This document shows positions 1 to 12,475 of a DNA stretch of 64,000 bases, piece after piece; the first letter of the stretch is position 1; every line of letters starts with the position of its first letter. Position numbers and translations under genes: made by a program. Origin of the DNA: Setoptus koraiensis (Eukaryota > Animalia > Arthropoda); NCBI GenBank assembly GCA_048013815.1, contig CM106585.1:7998001-8062000 (forward strand), read 5' to 3'. A model generated the notes under the pieces. That model saw nothing but the letters and a program-made list of their open reading frames with translations. It was not told the origin of the DNA and did no database searches.

Positions 1-334
1 CTACATATTCTAGTATAGATATTTATATTTATGAGATTGAAGTTGCCATAATACATAGTTGAGGCGCCTCTCTCGGTGAACAACCCCAAGCACAATTGCA
101 AGCGCAACTTTCTTGGTGCACAGTGTCTGGTTTGTGGTCATAAACTGTGCACCAGTAAGTCTGGTAGTGGTGGCATCACGATCAGCGTTGCTAGCACTAA
201 CAGACCAATCGTGCACCACATAAAACAGCGGTGCATCGAAGCGCACCCAAATTCAGTTCGCACGTCATGTACCGATGCGCGGCACATTGAGTTTATAGCA
301 CGCCCGTTTGATTATTACACTTTTCAGAGTGTGT

Positions 335-406
335 GAACGAACGAACGAGCGAACGAATGAGCGAACGAACGAACGAATGAGCGAACGAACGAACGAACGA
401 ACGAAC
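335..406. repeat. Imperfect (GAAC)n tetranucleotide microsatellite
   Basis: Run of gaac units interrupted by gagc/gaat variants. Confidence 0.9.
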
Positions 407-943
407 AGACGCACGGACGAGGAGCCAACTATAGGAGCTGGGAGAAGCTCTCACTTTGCCCCCAGCTTGTGTATATTTCTATCCAACCGTCATCATGAAT
501 GTCTCAAACTCAAACTTGAACTTATCGTGGTTGTGGTCGCGTTGTAGCCTATATAGCATGCACTATAGCAGCACAAGTTGTCGACCATACACACAGCACT
601 GGAATTCACAAAGCGCCAAAGCGAATAGAAGTCCTTTTTATATTTTTACTTGTCTTTTTATATGTGAGCAGCACTAACCTTGACAAAGCCAATCGACTAC
701 TGCCTTTTCGCCTGCCACAACCAAATGTGCACCCTTTTTGTGTTCACTGTGCTATCGCGTTGCCATCAGCTGATTCAGATAAAATACTGTTGTTCATACT
801 GACAAGCGATACACTCTCTATCACAGCTTGCAGGCCAGCTTCGACTGATTTGTTCGATCAGATGATATTTGTATCACTGTAATCATTGTTATCCTCTTTA
901 TTTTTTTACAATTCCAACATTCTCAGCTCATTTTTACCACATC

Positions 944-1828
944 ATGGACGCCTTATTCGAAATCAGGAACAACTACCATTTGGGCAACTACCAATCTTGT
1001 ATAAATGTTGCAAGCAGATTTAGATCCTATGATCAAGCTCAACAAACAGAATGTGACTTCTACATGTATTTATCTTATTTCGAGCAACGAGCTTATGGTG
1101 TTATATTGAGCGAAATCAGTGACTCAAAGCCTCAATGTTTGCTATATTTGAAGAAAATGGCCCAATATAAGCAAGGAGATCGAGCAAAGAAAGATTCCAT
1201 CATATCAGACCTGGACAAAACAATGGATACTATTGAAAGCAATGAGTTGTCTTGTCTTGTTGTGTCAGCCATCTACGCACAAGATAAAAATATGATTTCT
1301 GCACTGAAGGTTTTACACCCGATTGACACTATCACTAGTTCGGCGGCTAAGATACAACTCTATTTAGCAATCGATAGGCCTGATCTGGCTAAAAAGCAAT
1401 TGAAACAAATGCAAGATAAAGATGAATATGCCACACTGACTCAGCTAGCTTCCGCTTGGCTAAGTTTACATACAGGTGGCACAAAACTTCAGGAGGCGTA
1501 CTACATTGTTCAGGAGCTGATAGATAAAAATGGGGCCACGGCTTTATTGCTCAATATACAAGTTTGTTCGCTGATGTCCAGACAAATGTTCGAGGAGGCA
1601 AATGAGCTCTGTCAGAAGTCTTTCTTATTGGATGGCAATAACCCAGAGACTTTAGTTAATTTAATCGTTTTGTCTCTTAATTCCGGACAGTCATACGAAA
1701 TTACCAACAGGTACTTCAATCAACTTAAAGAATTGTATCCATATCATGATTATGTTGCTGAATATTCAAACCAAGAGGCTCGTTTCGATAGGTTATTGGC
1801 CACACAATTGAGCTCAGCGCCTGCCTGA
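944..1828 (+). CDS. COPE: Coatomer subunit epsilon (COPI), copy 1, intronless, 294 aa
   Basis: MDALFEIRNNYHLGNYQSCIN start; LAIDRPDLAKKQLKQMQDKDEYATLTQLASAW and KLQEAYYIVQEL match the epsilon-COP TPR-like fold. Acceptor-like TTCTCAG at 920-926; AATAAA at 1859-1864. Confidence 0.95.
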   Translation: MDALFEIRNNYHLGNYQSCINVASRFRSYDQAQQTECDFYMYLSYFEQRAYGVILSEISDSKPQCLLYLKKMAQYKQGDRAKKDSIISDLDKTMDTIESNELSCLVVSAIYAQDKNMISALKVLHPIDTITSSAAKIQLYLAIDRPDLAKKQLKQMQDKDEYATLTQLASAWLSLHTGGTKLQEAYYIVQELIDKNGATALLLNIQVCSLMSRQMFEEANELCQKSFLLDGNNPETLVNLIVLSLNSGQSYEITNRYFNQLKELYPYHDYVAEYSNQEARFDRLLATQLSSAPA

Positions 1829-2039
1829 AACATACTTGATGAGGAATCTCAATATTTAAATAAAACACAGAAGTCAGAGTCGGACGGTATGTTACGCAGT
1901 GGGACTATATATCAAATGTTTTCAAATTCCTCTACTGGTAGCGAGCGTTAGCTCGAGCTTCGCTTTATTCGAATCATAATCACCATGGTTGAGATCGCAG
2001 AATTCACTGTACTTGTACCAACTGGCTGACAAGTAAAAT

Positions 2040-2318
2040 CTAATAATTGTCGTCAGCATATTTCGTCTCTTCCAGCAATTTATCGACACGTTTCTCGATG
2101 TTGTCAAGATTCAATGGGTGCTCTATGAGTTGATCGTGCATGGATTTTACGTCTCTATGTGTCTTCTGGATGTCGTTGACAAAATGTGATATCTTTTTCA
2201 CTTCTCCTTGATTTAATTCCGATGTCCAAAAGATTTCATGACTGATGAGTTGCCTAATTTCACGAATGCTCGAGTGTATGTAATCTAAACCATTTTTTAA
2301 GCGGCTGAAAAAGTCCAT
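2040..2318 (-). CDS. Unknown 92-aa helical/coiled-coil ORF, possibly continuing by splicing or frameshift into 1922-2030
   Basis: ATG-initiated ORF with protein-like composition (IREIRQLISHE..., NLDNIEKRVDKLLEE). Convergent with COPE and divergent from Asx. No family recognised. Confidence 0.3.
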   Translation of the reverse strand: MDFFSRLKNGLDYIHSSIREIRQLISHEIFWTSELNQGEVKKISHFVNDIQKTHRDVKSMHDQLIEHPLNLDNIEKRVDKLLEETKYADDNY

Positions 2319-2865
2319 AATTTCTTATGCGGTTCTCTAAGATGTGGTTGTCATCAAACAACTTGATAAGTTCTGTGAATGTGCAGTTGTTTTCAATATC
2401 TTCTGGTGAATGTTTAGGCCGAACTCAAAAGTAAAAATTACAGATGGTGGGCACACAAATTCAATTGCCCCAGCCAACACACAATGAGCACGCAGGGTAT
2501 ACATATGCGCGCAACACACATAAACACATACAAATGTAACTCTACGCACCGCGACGCTACTATAACTGGCTGTAGTGCCATTTGATGCAATGGAATGGCG
2601 CTAATCTTACATGCACCTATGCTTGATAATGATGTTGTGTATGTCAGCTGTAGTCATGGTCCTTTGTTGACCATTGTACCCACTGCGTATCTGCGAGAGA
2701 TGTTTAGAAGAGGTGAAAAGAATTTACCTCAATTAATATTATTTTATTTTTAGCTTGGAACATTTAGGAATCAACTTGAAACCTCAATATTACGGGAACA
2801 ACTTTAATGACTCCAGGCAGACAATTTATCCAGAATTCGCCACCCAACGAGACGCTGTTGTAGCT

Positions 2866-4289
2866 ATGAGTGCTAAGGCGCCTGAAGATGGAGATAATAA
2901 CGGCGGCAAGAAGGATAGATTAACTTTGAAACAACAACAAACGCTAAGCTTGGATACTTTATTGGAGGCGTGTAAGCCAGCCAAGAAGCGTGGCCGACCC
3001 AGTCATAAGCGTCAGTTGGCGGAAATCAGACTTGAGGGAAAAGTAAATTTGCAGACGTCAGATTCCATCGTGGCGTCAACAAATCTCCGCTCACTGTTGA
3101 CACGTGAAGCTTATGAGTCCCTGCCAGATTATTGTCGTTGGAGACTGGTCACGTTGCTGCCAAAGGTGGACCAAGTTGTAGAAAACGAGGATGGAGTTGT
3201 TGAACCTAGTCGATCTGCATTTAATAATGAATTTTTCGCAAGATTTTGCACGCAATATACTGAACGATTGTCTGATAATAAATTAACGCCGGAATCATTA
3301 GAGAAAAGGAAGAATGAAACGAACAGGGAGTATGCCAAATTGGATCCGTGGAAATTGAAAAACTTCGAACCAATCTGGGGTCAAAAATTAGAATCACAAA
3401 CTGACGATATAGACAACGATAATCAATATGGCAAGTATCAATGCATGGTTATAACATTTCCCATTAATTGTTTGTGATAATCTCTACTACATAGACTCTA
3501 TTAGAATAATGGGCAACAATAGTATTGATCTTTGCTACAGAATTAGAATAATTTCTTGACCCAGAATTTTTTTATATGAAAATATATTTCGAATATGGCG
3601 CGCCATGGGCCAGGATGATTTGATCCTAACATTACTGTGCTATGAATGATATGTCTCTTAGTGATGAGCCGAACCGATAGATGGCTCTATCTCAAAATGC
3701 ACACGTTCCTCACAAATAGTCCTTCCGCTTAGATTGTGAATTCTGCATGTGTTCTAATGCATTTGATTGTGCATTGTAGTAGATTTCTGATCTATTGACT
3801 TGGGATTCTCATGTCATAATAATACTAATGATCTAACTCCATCTCTTTCTAAATATTGCCGTATTGTTATCAGACCATTTATTAAAAACCATTGATACGC
3901 TGTCCTACAAAAGGTCGAGACACAAAATAAATAGGTTTCTACACCACACTCAGAATCCCACCTATCAGGACAAAACATCCACATCGAAACAGGCTACAAA
4001 CGTGACTTCAGATCCAGAATCCGTCATCAATCTTACCTCTATTCCTGGTACCTCCGACCAACAAAGGACGTCCGATTTGGAGCCCACACCAACAGCAAAT
4101 CAATTCAATATCAATAATAGTAATAATACTATAATCAACTTTAGTAAAAAAAATTATCCTCCAAACAATACTGTTTGTATTGCTAATAATTTAAATTCAC
4201 CTAGCTCAGCCAGCAGTACGAATACTTCATCTATTAACTATGCCAGCCGGAGTCAACGTATCACGCGACCTACGATGGATGCTGACTAA
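2866..4289 (+). CDS. Asx: Additional sex combs-like protein (DEUBAD/ASXH domain); predicted exons 2866-3430 and 3874-4289 joined by a GC-AG intron, 326 aa
   Basis: DSIVASTNLRSLL...LLPKVD...AFNNEFF...ERLSD...LDPWKLKNFEPIWGQKL is the Asx DEUBAD signature. Phase-1 donor G|GCAAGT at 3430/3431 matches phase-1 acceptor TATCAG|AC at 3873/3874 (981 nt in total, in frame). The domain is certain; the second exon is inferred. Confidence 0.8.
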
Positions 4290-4695
4290 AGAGTGGTCAA
4301 CTCATATGGTCAAGGTTAGAAACTATCCAAAAGCCTTCAGCAAGGATCCTCTTAACCCGAAAGGTCTTCATTTGCCTCGTTTCTCAGGTTCCGTTCAAAC
4401 AAAAGCTGTCACTGTTCGCCCATCAACCAAGAATAAGGGTGTTACCTTGATTTACAAAAAGAAGCATACTCAGAGACAGCCAGGTAAGCAGCTAGTAAGA
4501 GTTGTTTTGAAGAAAGATCCACGCAAGACTTTGGGAACTATTAAGAATACACTGAACTCCATGAAGGGTTACCGTAAAGATCTAAAGATGCTCGCGTTGA
4601 GACGTGCGTCTACCCTTCTCAAGAGTCAACAAAGCAAGCAAAAGAAGAGGAAGCAATCTAAGCGCCAGAAGAGGAAAGCCAAGAGCGCTAAATAA
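4240..4695 (+). CDS. RpL28: 60S ribosomal protein L28, intronless, 151 aa
   Basis: SRDLRWM, DPLNPKGLHLPRFSG, KGVTLIYKKK, YRKDLKMLALRRASTLLKSQ match the eL28 family; basic tail; AATAAA at 4691-4696. Confidence 0.93.
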   Translation: MPAGVNVSRDLRWMLTKEWSTHMVKVRNYPKAFSKDPLNPKGLHLPRFSGSVQTKAVTVRPSTKNKGVTLIYKKKHTQRQPGKQLVRVVLKKDPRKTLGTIKNTLNSMKGYRKDLKMLALRRASTLLKSQQSKQKKRKQSKRQKRKAKSAK

Positions 4696-7588
4696 ATAGC
4701 TAATACTGAGCCTTTCTTTGAATGTTCGCTCTATAGGGTATGAGCATGGACATCTTCGGTCCCAATACAAGTTTTTCATATTTGTGCTTTGCAAAGAAGT
4801 AGTCCATGACTGTCTGAGTTTCTATAAAAAAAAACTAAACAATTGAATTTCTGACTTTTGCTCTAAACTTATTTTCTCCTCTCAATTTATTTAAAAATTC
4901 TTGTTATGGCTATTCAAAGGTGAGAAATACTCAATAGCGGCAAGCCGGCCCATTGCGCTTGCGTCTTTGAGCCGGCGCTTTGCAACACTGCGAAGCGAGC
5001 GCTGAGACCGTCTTGGTAGCTGGGTGAGCTGTTCCAACAATTGGTCTGAATTAGTAATGTATTGTGATGAAAGTTGTGTTACTCTTCTATCATTCTACCT
5101 TCAGTTGACTGCCCCCGCAACCACAATGCAGTGCTGCCCATAAGTTTCGTCCTTTACCATACTCTATTCGGGCCTCTTTGAATAACGAGAAGAAAAGATT
5201 AGCATAAACTTTCGATTCAGTTGCTGGTGTACCATACAAAACTAACGATCCGTTCCTTTTGTCGGTTCGAATAATGCACTCCCGTTTGCATATCAGTTAC
5301 CTTGAGCTTATATTATGCAAGGATGCTGCTGGGATCAAGGGATTGGCCGTGAAGTAACTTGATCACTGAGGACTTGTGACAGTCGGTTCCCTGGGTACAT
5401 GTAGACTAATTTGCATGTGTATTTTGCGGCGAAACACAAAGATTCGATGAATAAATAAAAAGGATTGTGGAGTCAATAGACTCTCTATAGGATAAGTGTG
5501 CGTGCAACGTTTTTCTATTGCCTTTTGTCTAGTTCGATTGCATAGGCTTAGCACGAGCGAACCACGACCAAACTAGCGTTGTCATTTATGAGCGATCTGT
5601 TAGAGGAGAAGTAAGCAAGTGACCCCTCTTTCAGAAACTCTGGTCAACAATAGATAACGACATGAGAGTGGCCAGGCCATTGTTATAATTGCATCATCAT
5701 AATATATTAATACGTAATACTAATTGATGGTATTGTTCCAAAATAGATGGAGCAGCCACACTGAACAAGAAAAGAGAGGTAGTATGTGCAATATGGCTAG
5801 GTAAAAGCTGAACAAACAATAGACTTACACAACATAATTGGTGGTAGATACGCGTTGTTTTAGCTAGCGTCTTTCGTGATACCTGTCGTCGAACAAGCAA
5901 AGGAACAGTGCAAACTAGATGGGGGCAGAGAGAGAGAGAGAGAGTTGATAATGGGCAAAGGTCAAAAGAGTTGGGGATAAAAATAAATAGACAAGCTTAC
6001 ATTCACTAGTAATTGCTTATGCAAAGATGAAAGATGCTAATGGAGAGTAAATCAATCACCTGTTCTCTAGTTAGGGGCATATTGAATCATCTCATCATGT
6101 CAAATACATACCGTATGTAGGCAGTTATTACATAAGAGTGGGGGTGTAGAGGGGAATATTAGCTGTAGGTATAGGCGAGCGCGAGCTTGCACAAATGGGG
6201 GGCAGAATGAGATCATCTAACAAGTGCAGTGGATGTGCTATAGAAGCGCGCTTTTTTACGTGAGCGAAACGAGAGTTAGTTACTGTGTGCGTGTGTCACT
6301 ATGCGAGCAAGTTAGTATTGGTGTGTGTGTCTATGCGCGTCTGTCTATACACCATTTATTCGAACAATTGTGCGTGTGTGTGTGCATTTATCCGCACTAT
6401 TCCGTTCGTGAGGGAACAGCCGCTGTTGATGCAGCAGCAGCAGCAGTAGCAGCCGCACCATACTGTTGTCGTCTACACAACATTTTATCATCATTATTAT
6501 TGTTTTGTTTAAATCTAATTCACTTGTGTGTATATAACCTGTCATTGGTTGTCGGATCGGCGAAATAACAAGGAGAAGAAGCTAGCAAATCGAATAAAAT
6601 ACCAGATTGAGCGACAAACATCAATCTAATTGGAAATAAATATCCTATAATAGACCCAAGACCAGTGTGGAATTAATCAATAGCAACGAAAACAACAGCA
6701 ACAACAATTTGGTAATTATAACGATCACTCTTGATACACATTACTACAACTGTGACTGTTGGCCTGTTCGAGTATCGCATGTCGTGAGCCGCAGCGAGCC
6801 AAACATAGTGTGACAGAGAGAACGAGACCGTTTTTGTTATTTTTTGTGAATACATTACGTAACTGCAAACGCATACCTACCTACGCATATCCAAATATAA
6901 ATACAAATACCATTCGAAATGTGGATATGCTAACGATGCTGCGAGCAAAGTCTATCACTGCTAGGCTTCATTTGACAGCAGAACATTAGCACTAAGAATA
7001 GTTATTTGAGGATCATCATCCACACATGCGGTGAATAAGAGAGAGAAAAATCGAAAATCAGTACACGAAGCATTGACTGCAACTGTCAACTATAGAGAGC
7101 CATTGGTGTTTAGTCTCTCTCCTCATGAGCATCTTGATTAGAGAACTAACCAAATCTTGCAAAGTGGTCGTCACACAATCATCTTTAGTCTCATTCGCAT
7201 AGTGATTAATTGTTCTCATTGTTCCGTCAATCTCCCCAATCAATCAATTCCGCATATTATTCACAGTTGGGCGCCTAGGATTCAGAGTTTCCATTGCAGC
7301 TGGATTGCAACAAAGCAAAAATAATTTAATATTGTCCAAGTTGTCTCAGACACAGGCAGTTAGCGTCGTAGCACTGACAAATCAGTGCACAGAGCAGATA
7401 TGTTTCTTATGGACGATCACAATTATTTAATCTAAATCAACTAGAAATTTGTTAAGCCACTGCACGAGATAAACGAACAAACAGAACAGCAACGGATCTA
7501 TCAACCGGCTAATATCGCATTGTTTCCCCGCTATATATTTTGATCGGACATAAACGATCATAGCTGGAGGTATCACGCCTTCCGCGTC

Positions 7589-9439
7589 ATGGCCACACGA
7601 ATATCAAAATCCAACAATCATCAATTGATATTCTGGTCAATCGCTCTCATTTTTTCATGCTCCTTGGCGATAAGATGTGCAAGCCTAGATTGTGAGTATA
7701 GTTGTTGGAACTAGGTAGTTCACAGAATCCCATTCACTTATGCAATGGAACGATTTTTACTTTTCGCACATTGATTAATTCTCTTCATCTTCTATTGTTG
7801 CATTCTTACAGATCAACGAAATCAAGCGCCACTAAATGATAACTCATTCAAGTTTGACAATCAAGGCCAGAGAGAAAGTGAAGATGACAAAGTGAACAAC
7901 TATTACGATAACGGCAATGATCCGATACAACTAAAGCTATCTCCTAGCAAAAATAATGTTGGCACTAATTATATTGATAAGATAGACCGAGAAGACCAAA
8001 CGTTAAAACCGTCTCCAACTACTTGGCATTACAAAAAAAGTCAGCAACAGGATACTGATGCAGATTTGTATGGATCGACTAGTTTCGACAGAAGGAGCAA
8101 CACGGATGCATCTAGCGAGATAGGCTTGGCTAGAAGTCTATGGAATAGATTAGTTGGTCATTATGCAGATCCAGTGTCACCTCAGAATGAGCTAGATTAT
8201 AATCGACAAGAGTTGAGTGATAGTATAGACAGTTCTGCGCCGATTTCTGATGAATATGATCAAAGTGATCTATGGAAGCCAATTGAAAAAGTAGAAACCG
8301 TGTATGGAGGGGTGCGTGAATATCCACAAGTTCCACGCGAGCCTCAAAATATGTTGCTTAAATCGAGCTTCCAGGTAAACTCCGATGCCCACGATAAGTA
8401 TACGCAAAAAAAGCTTGATGCAAACGTAGATCTGTCTAACCGCATGGGTAGTGATAACCGCGATACTATCAACAACGGAGATGAGGCTATGATGTCTCAC
8501 CTAGAGGGTTACAGTAGAAAATATAGACTACCATCGGATTACGACTTTGGTCCTGGTGATGGAGGGCAAGGTGTCAATAGAAGACCAGCAGCATTGACAT
8601 CTTCGAATGATCTATATTTCATAGGTAATTTGTTGATTTATCGTACGAAACCATAAAACCTGAGTTATAATGAAAGCTTAATACTAACAATTTCTTTAAA
8701 ATCTTTCCATTTTCTTTTCCACCCATCAGTTATGGTGGCAGCTTTCTGCGGCATGGCCATTACTGTAGTGATAGCGGCTGGATTATTTGCATTTCGCGTT
8801 CAGCAAGGAAGAAAAGTGAGCTCCGAATCTGACTATCCAACATACGGAGTTGTTGGACCCAGTATTCAAAATAAGGGTGCCAGTCCATATGGCGGTGGTG
8901 GTGTCTCGAGCGTTGGTTCAGCAAGCAAGTCGAGCGGAAGTTTAAAAAGTTTAGCCGATGTTTTGAGCCCAGTTGAAAATGGAAAGAATGTTGGAGGGAA
9001 TGTAACCGGTGTCTCACACACCAACAATGGCGACAATAACAGTGCAAACAACCAGAGGCAGTATCAGACCAACCAAAATGCAGCTAGAATGTATCATTAT
9101 CAACACCAGAAGCAGCAAATGCTATCTACAGATCGGTAAGTTGCTGATAATCTTTTTCGATTTAAATATTTTGTCTGTCTATCGAAAATAGTGAACACTG
9201 AATGTCATCTTTTATATCCCACCTTTCTGCCTATGAAAATTCTATTGATTGACCTGTTTAGAGTGTCGTCGACAAGACATGCCTCAGCATCGGATCTTGA
9301 CTCGGACGAGGAAAATGATGAGGGAACTTATACGGTGTACGAGTGCCCCGGTCTTGCGTCAACTCATGAGATGGAGGTGAAGAATCCTTTGTTTCAAGAC
9401 GATCCAACTCCAGTTGGCTCGCCGACCGTTACAAAATGA
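7589..9439 (+). CDS. NPDC1: NPDC1/CAB-1-like single-pass membrane protein; exons 7589-7691, 7812-8624, 8730-9135, 9262-9439
   Basis: Signal-peptide exon (MATRISKSNNHQLIFWSIALIFSCSLAIRCA) with GTGAGT donor; TM segment; YGVVGP, MYHYQHQKQQM and DSDEENDEGTYTVYECPGLA...EMEVKNPLF motifs. All splice phases are consistent. Confidence 0.9.
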
Positions 9440-11125
9440 AGGAATAAATTCCAAAACAAAAATCATTCTCCATTAAATACTTATCAAGTAGCACCTATAC
9501 TGAAGAAGAAAAGAAATGAACATGCATTCCTATAGATAAACAACACAACAAACTTTGACCTCTCATATGTTGCAACCTATACCGATCTAGTCAGAGAGTT
9601 ATAAACATTGAAACAAAAAGTGGTCTTTGTTCTTTCTATGTATCAACAGCAACAGAGTGCAATAGCTACTTTGGGAATACCACCAACAGACAAACGAAAT
9701 GAAGTTTGTCATTGAAACATTTGATAAGAGCAAATACACAAACAATCATAATAATTACAATACTTGGCCCAATGGTCAGTATTTTTAATCATTAAGGATA
9801 ATAAGTTACGTAATAGAACGAATCTGTAATCTTGTTAATATCATCGTAATCATCGTTGAAACACAACAAAGCCTACAAAATAGTCATATCAGCAGATTAC
9901 AAATGTTACGTATTATTATAACTACTACTACTACTGTTCTGTTTGAATTTTCAACTATAAGAAATATTAATTAGTTGAATCGGATAATACATACATGCAC
10001 ACACACAGATACACCCTCACACCTAAGACGACATGACCGAAACAATTACTGACATGTAGTCGTTACACAATAAGAGCCAAAAGGATTCACAGCTCTATAG
10101 CTCGCTCTCTCTCTCTCTCTCCATCGCTCCCTCTCCATTGTCTCTCACTCTCTCTCTCTCTCCCATTCCATCTGTCTATATGTCTCTCCCCTCTTTTGCC
10201 ATATCTCTTTCCATTCATATAATCATGTATGAATGGAAAGAGACCTGGCATCAGTGCATCAACCTTAACCCTAATCTCAAACCGATCTTTGACCAACGAT
10301 ACTGTAAAAGATAAGATAATAATAATGGGCAACACCTGATCATCTTTATATCTAATGTATTATTGTATCTAATTATAATAATAAATTAGAGTCTAAGTGG
10401 CGCGTCTTGAGGGAGTTCGCTTCGTGTTCAGATCGCACTCATAACTAAACAATGCAAGTAATTCAGGCCACATTAGACAAAATTAGTGAGTGACTCGCAG
10501 ATATGATCAATCAACGTGATGTTTAGTTATGTAGTGGGCAGCGCTGCCTTGCATTATCATGCAAAGTATTATACATTAGTCTTTAGTGCACGCCATTAGC
10601 CTCGATACATGTGCAAACTTTTGATGGAATACTATCTGTGTGTCAATGATAGATGCACCGAGGCGATTAGATAATAACAGTTAGGGTTAGCAGTATGAGT
10701 TGCTTCACTATTCAGACATTACAAAGGATAATTAATCATTAATATACTGTCATGGACTGTCGCTAAGTGTGTCAAATCCAACTCACACTATTTCTTGTTC
10801 ATTACTATTGGGAGCTTAAGTTTTACCAGTTGCTGGCAGTGAAAAACATGTTAACGCAAATTGAGATCGTCGGTCTCAATTTGGCGTCTTGTGTCGGTAC
10901 CTCTAAGCTAGCAGATAATTTGTGTCAATTTGGCAAGATCATGTATCATGTTTGTCAATGCACGGTTGCAGAAGCATCGTACGTGTTGCTGTTTAATATG
11001 TCTAATTATGTAGAGAGTATGTGTTTGTGTTCGAAATTAGATTGTTACATAACAGTTATCTGCACTATGCGTTTATGCATCAAACTAATTATGTTGTCGT
11101 TGTTGTTGTCTCTTCCGTTTGCGTT

Positions 11126-11126
<1 letters not shown>

Positions 11127-11172
<46 letters not shown>
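11127..11172. repeat. (CA)23 microsatellite
   Basis: Perfect CA run followed by a short TA run. Confidence 0.95.
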
Positions 11173-11180
<8 letters not shown>

Positions 11181-12475
11181 AGGGCCCCTCAATGGTACAC
11201 AACTTCAGCTGTGTCGCGTCTATATATAACTAGCGCACACATTATCTGTTTTAAATTGAACAGAGTTGGCCAGGCAGTTGATAAAAGGTTCTCCGGTCAG
11301 ATAGTTATATGGTTAGTTAGTTGATGGTAGCAATTTGGAAAACGGCTTCGAAAGAGCTTCGAAAGAGAACGAGATCGAGTGCGCTTACAAGATGCAATTT
11401 GCATAAGCCATCTGGCAACCTATTAGTGACGTGCCATTATCTGGCTAGCTTTAAAAGCCAACATTGCAACTACCGCTGGTGTTGTTGCGTACAATGTTGC
11501 TGATATCGGTAGTAAATTGATGAGAATAAGTGTTAGCTCAATGTTGCTAGTTGTGATAAGTAGACCAGAGAAACACCAGTGGCGGTGTGCGTGACATCGG
11601 TGGACAATGCATTGTCTCTAGCATTGGTTTGCATTTGGAGGGGCACGAAATTAGATTTGACGAATGGCGGGCCCCAGATTGGTCAGATTGCATGAGAGGC
11701 ACGCAGCTTGTGTAACCATTAGTGCATTAGCGAGCGTGATAGGTGCGGATTAATTTGTCAATTTCCAAGATGTTGAATTGCAATGTAATGTGTGTTTGTG
11801 TGTGTGTGTGTGTTGATATATATATATCATTGTGTTGTGGCATTGTTGGCGAAATGGAAGTAGCCAGACGAAAGGGGTGTGAGTGGCTAATTTGCTTTGC
11901 GTTTCTTGTGTAAACATGAGTGAGTAAATTTATTTACATTAATATCTAGATTATGAGCACTGTTGTGTGTGTGTTATTGATTGATAGAAGCAGTAATAAT
12001 AACAAACAAGAGACGGACGACGAAAATGACAGCGAAATGCAACTTATTACTGGTGCCACGGTGAAACTAACCAGCCAGCCAGCTAGCTAGCCAGCCAGCC
12101 AGCCACTAACTATTGGGCCCCTCTATTGATTTGGCGCTGGTGCGAGTCGCACTCGAGGACACAACGCAAATAAAAGTGTTGGCAAAATATGAATAATGGC
12201 ACACAAACAAATATCTCGGTTGGAACAACAACACCAACAACAACAACAACAGCAACCCTTTCAGCGGTGCAATGCATTTGTTGTTGTTATTATTATTATT
12301 TATTTATTTACATGTTTGTTCGAGTTTACATTGACTGGATGAGTAGCGCACTGGTACGCTTGTGTGTCTGGCTCTGAGATTATTGATATTAATCATGGCG
12401 GCCACCTGATGGCAAGGCTCGGCCGGCTATTGCTTTATGTTACGAATTACGTAACGGTGCACGTGTCCGGTGGTC

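Noticed and set aside
10-336. ORFs at the window start
   Set aside because: Short, overlapping on both strands, no recognisable family; context cut by the window edge.
869-943. 25-aa N-terminal extension of COPE copy 1 in the ORF track
   Set aside because: Starts at a non-ATG codon, runs through a polypyrimidine tract/acceptor, and is not conserved in copy 2.
10261-10692. TTAGGG/TAACCC-like words as telomeric repeats
   Set aside because: Only one or two isolated units; no array.
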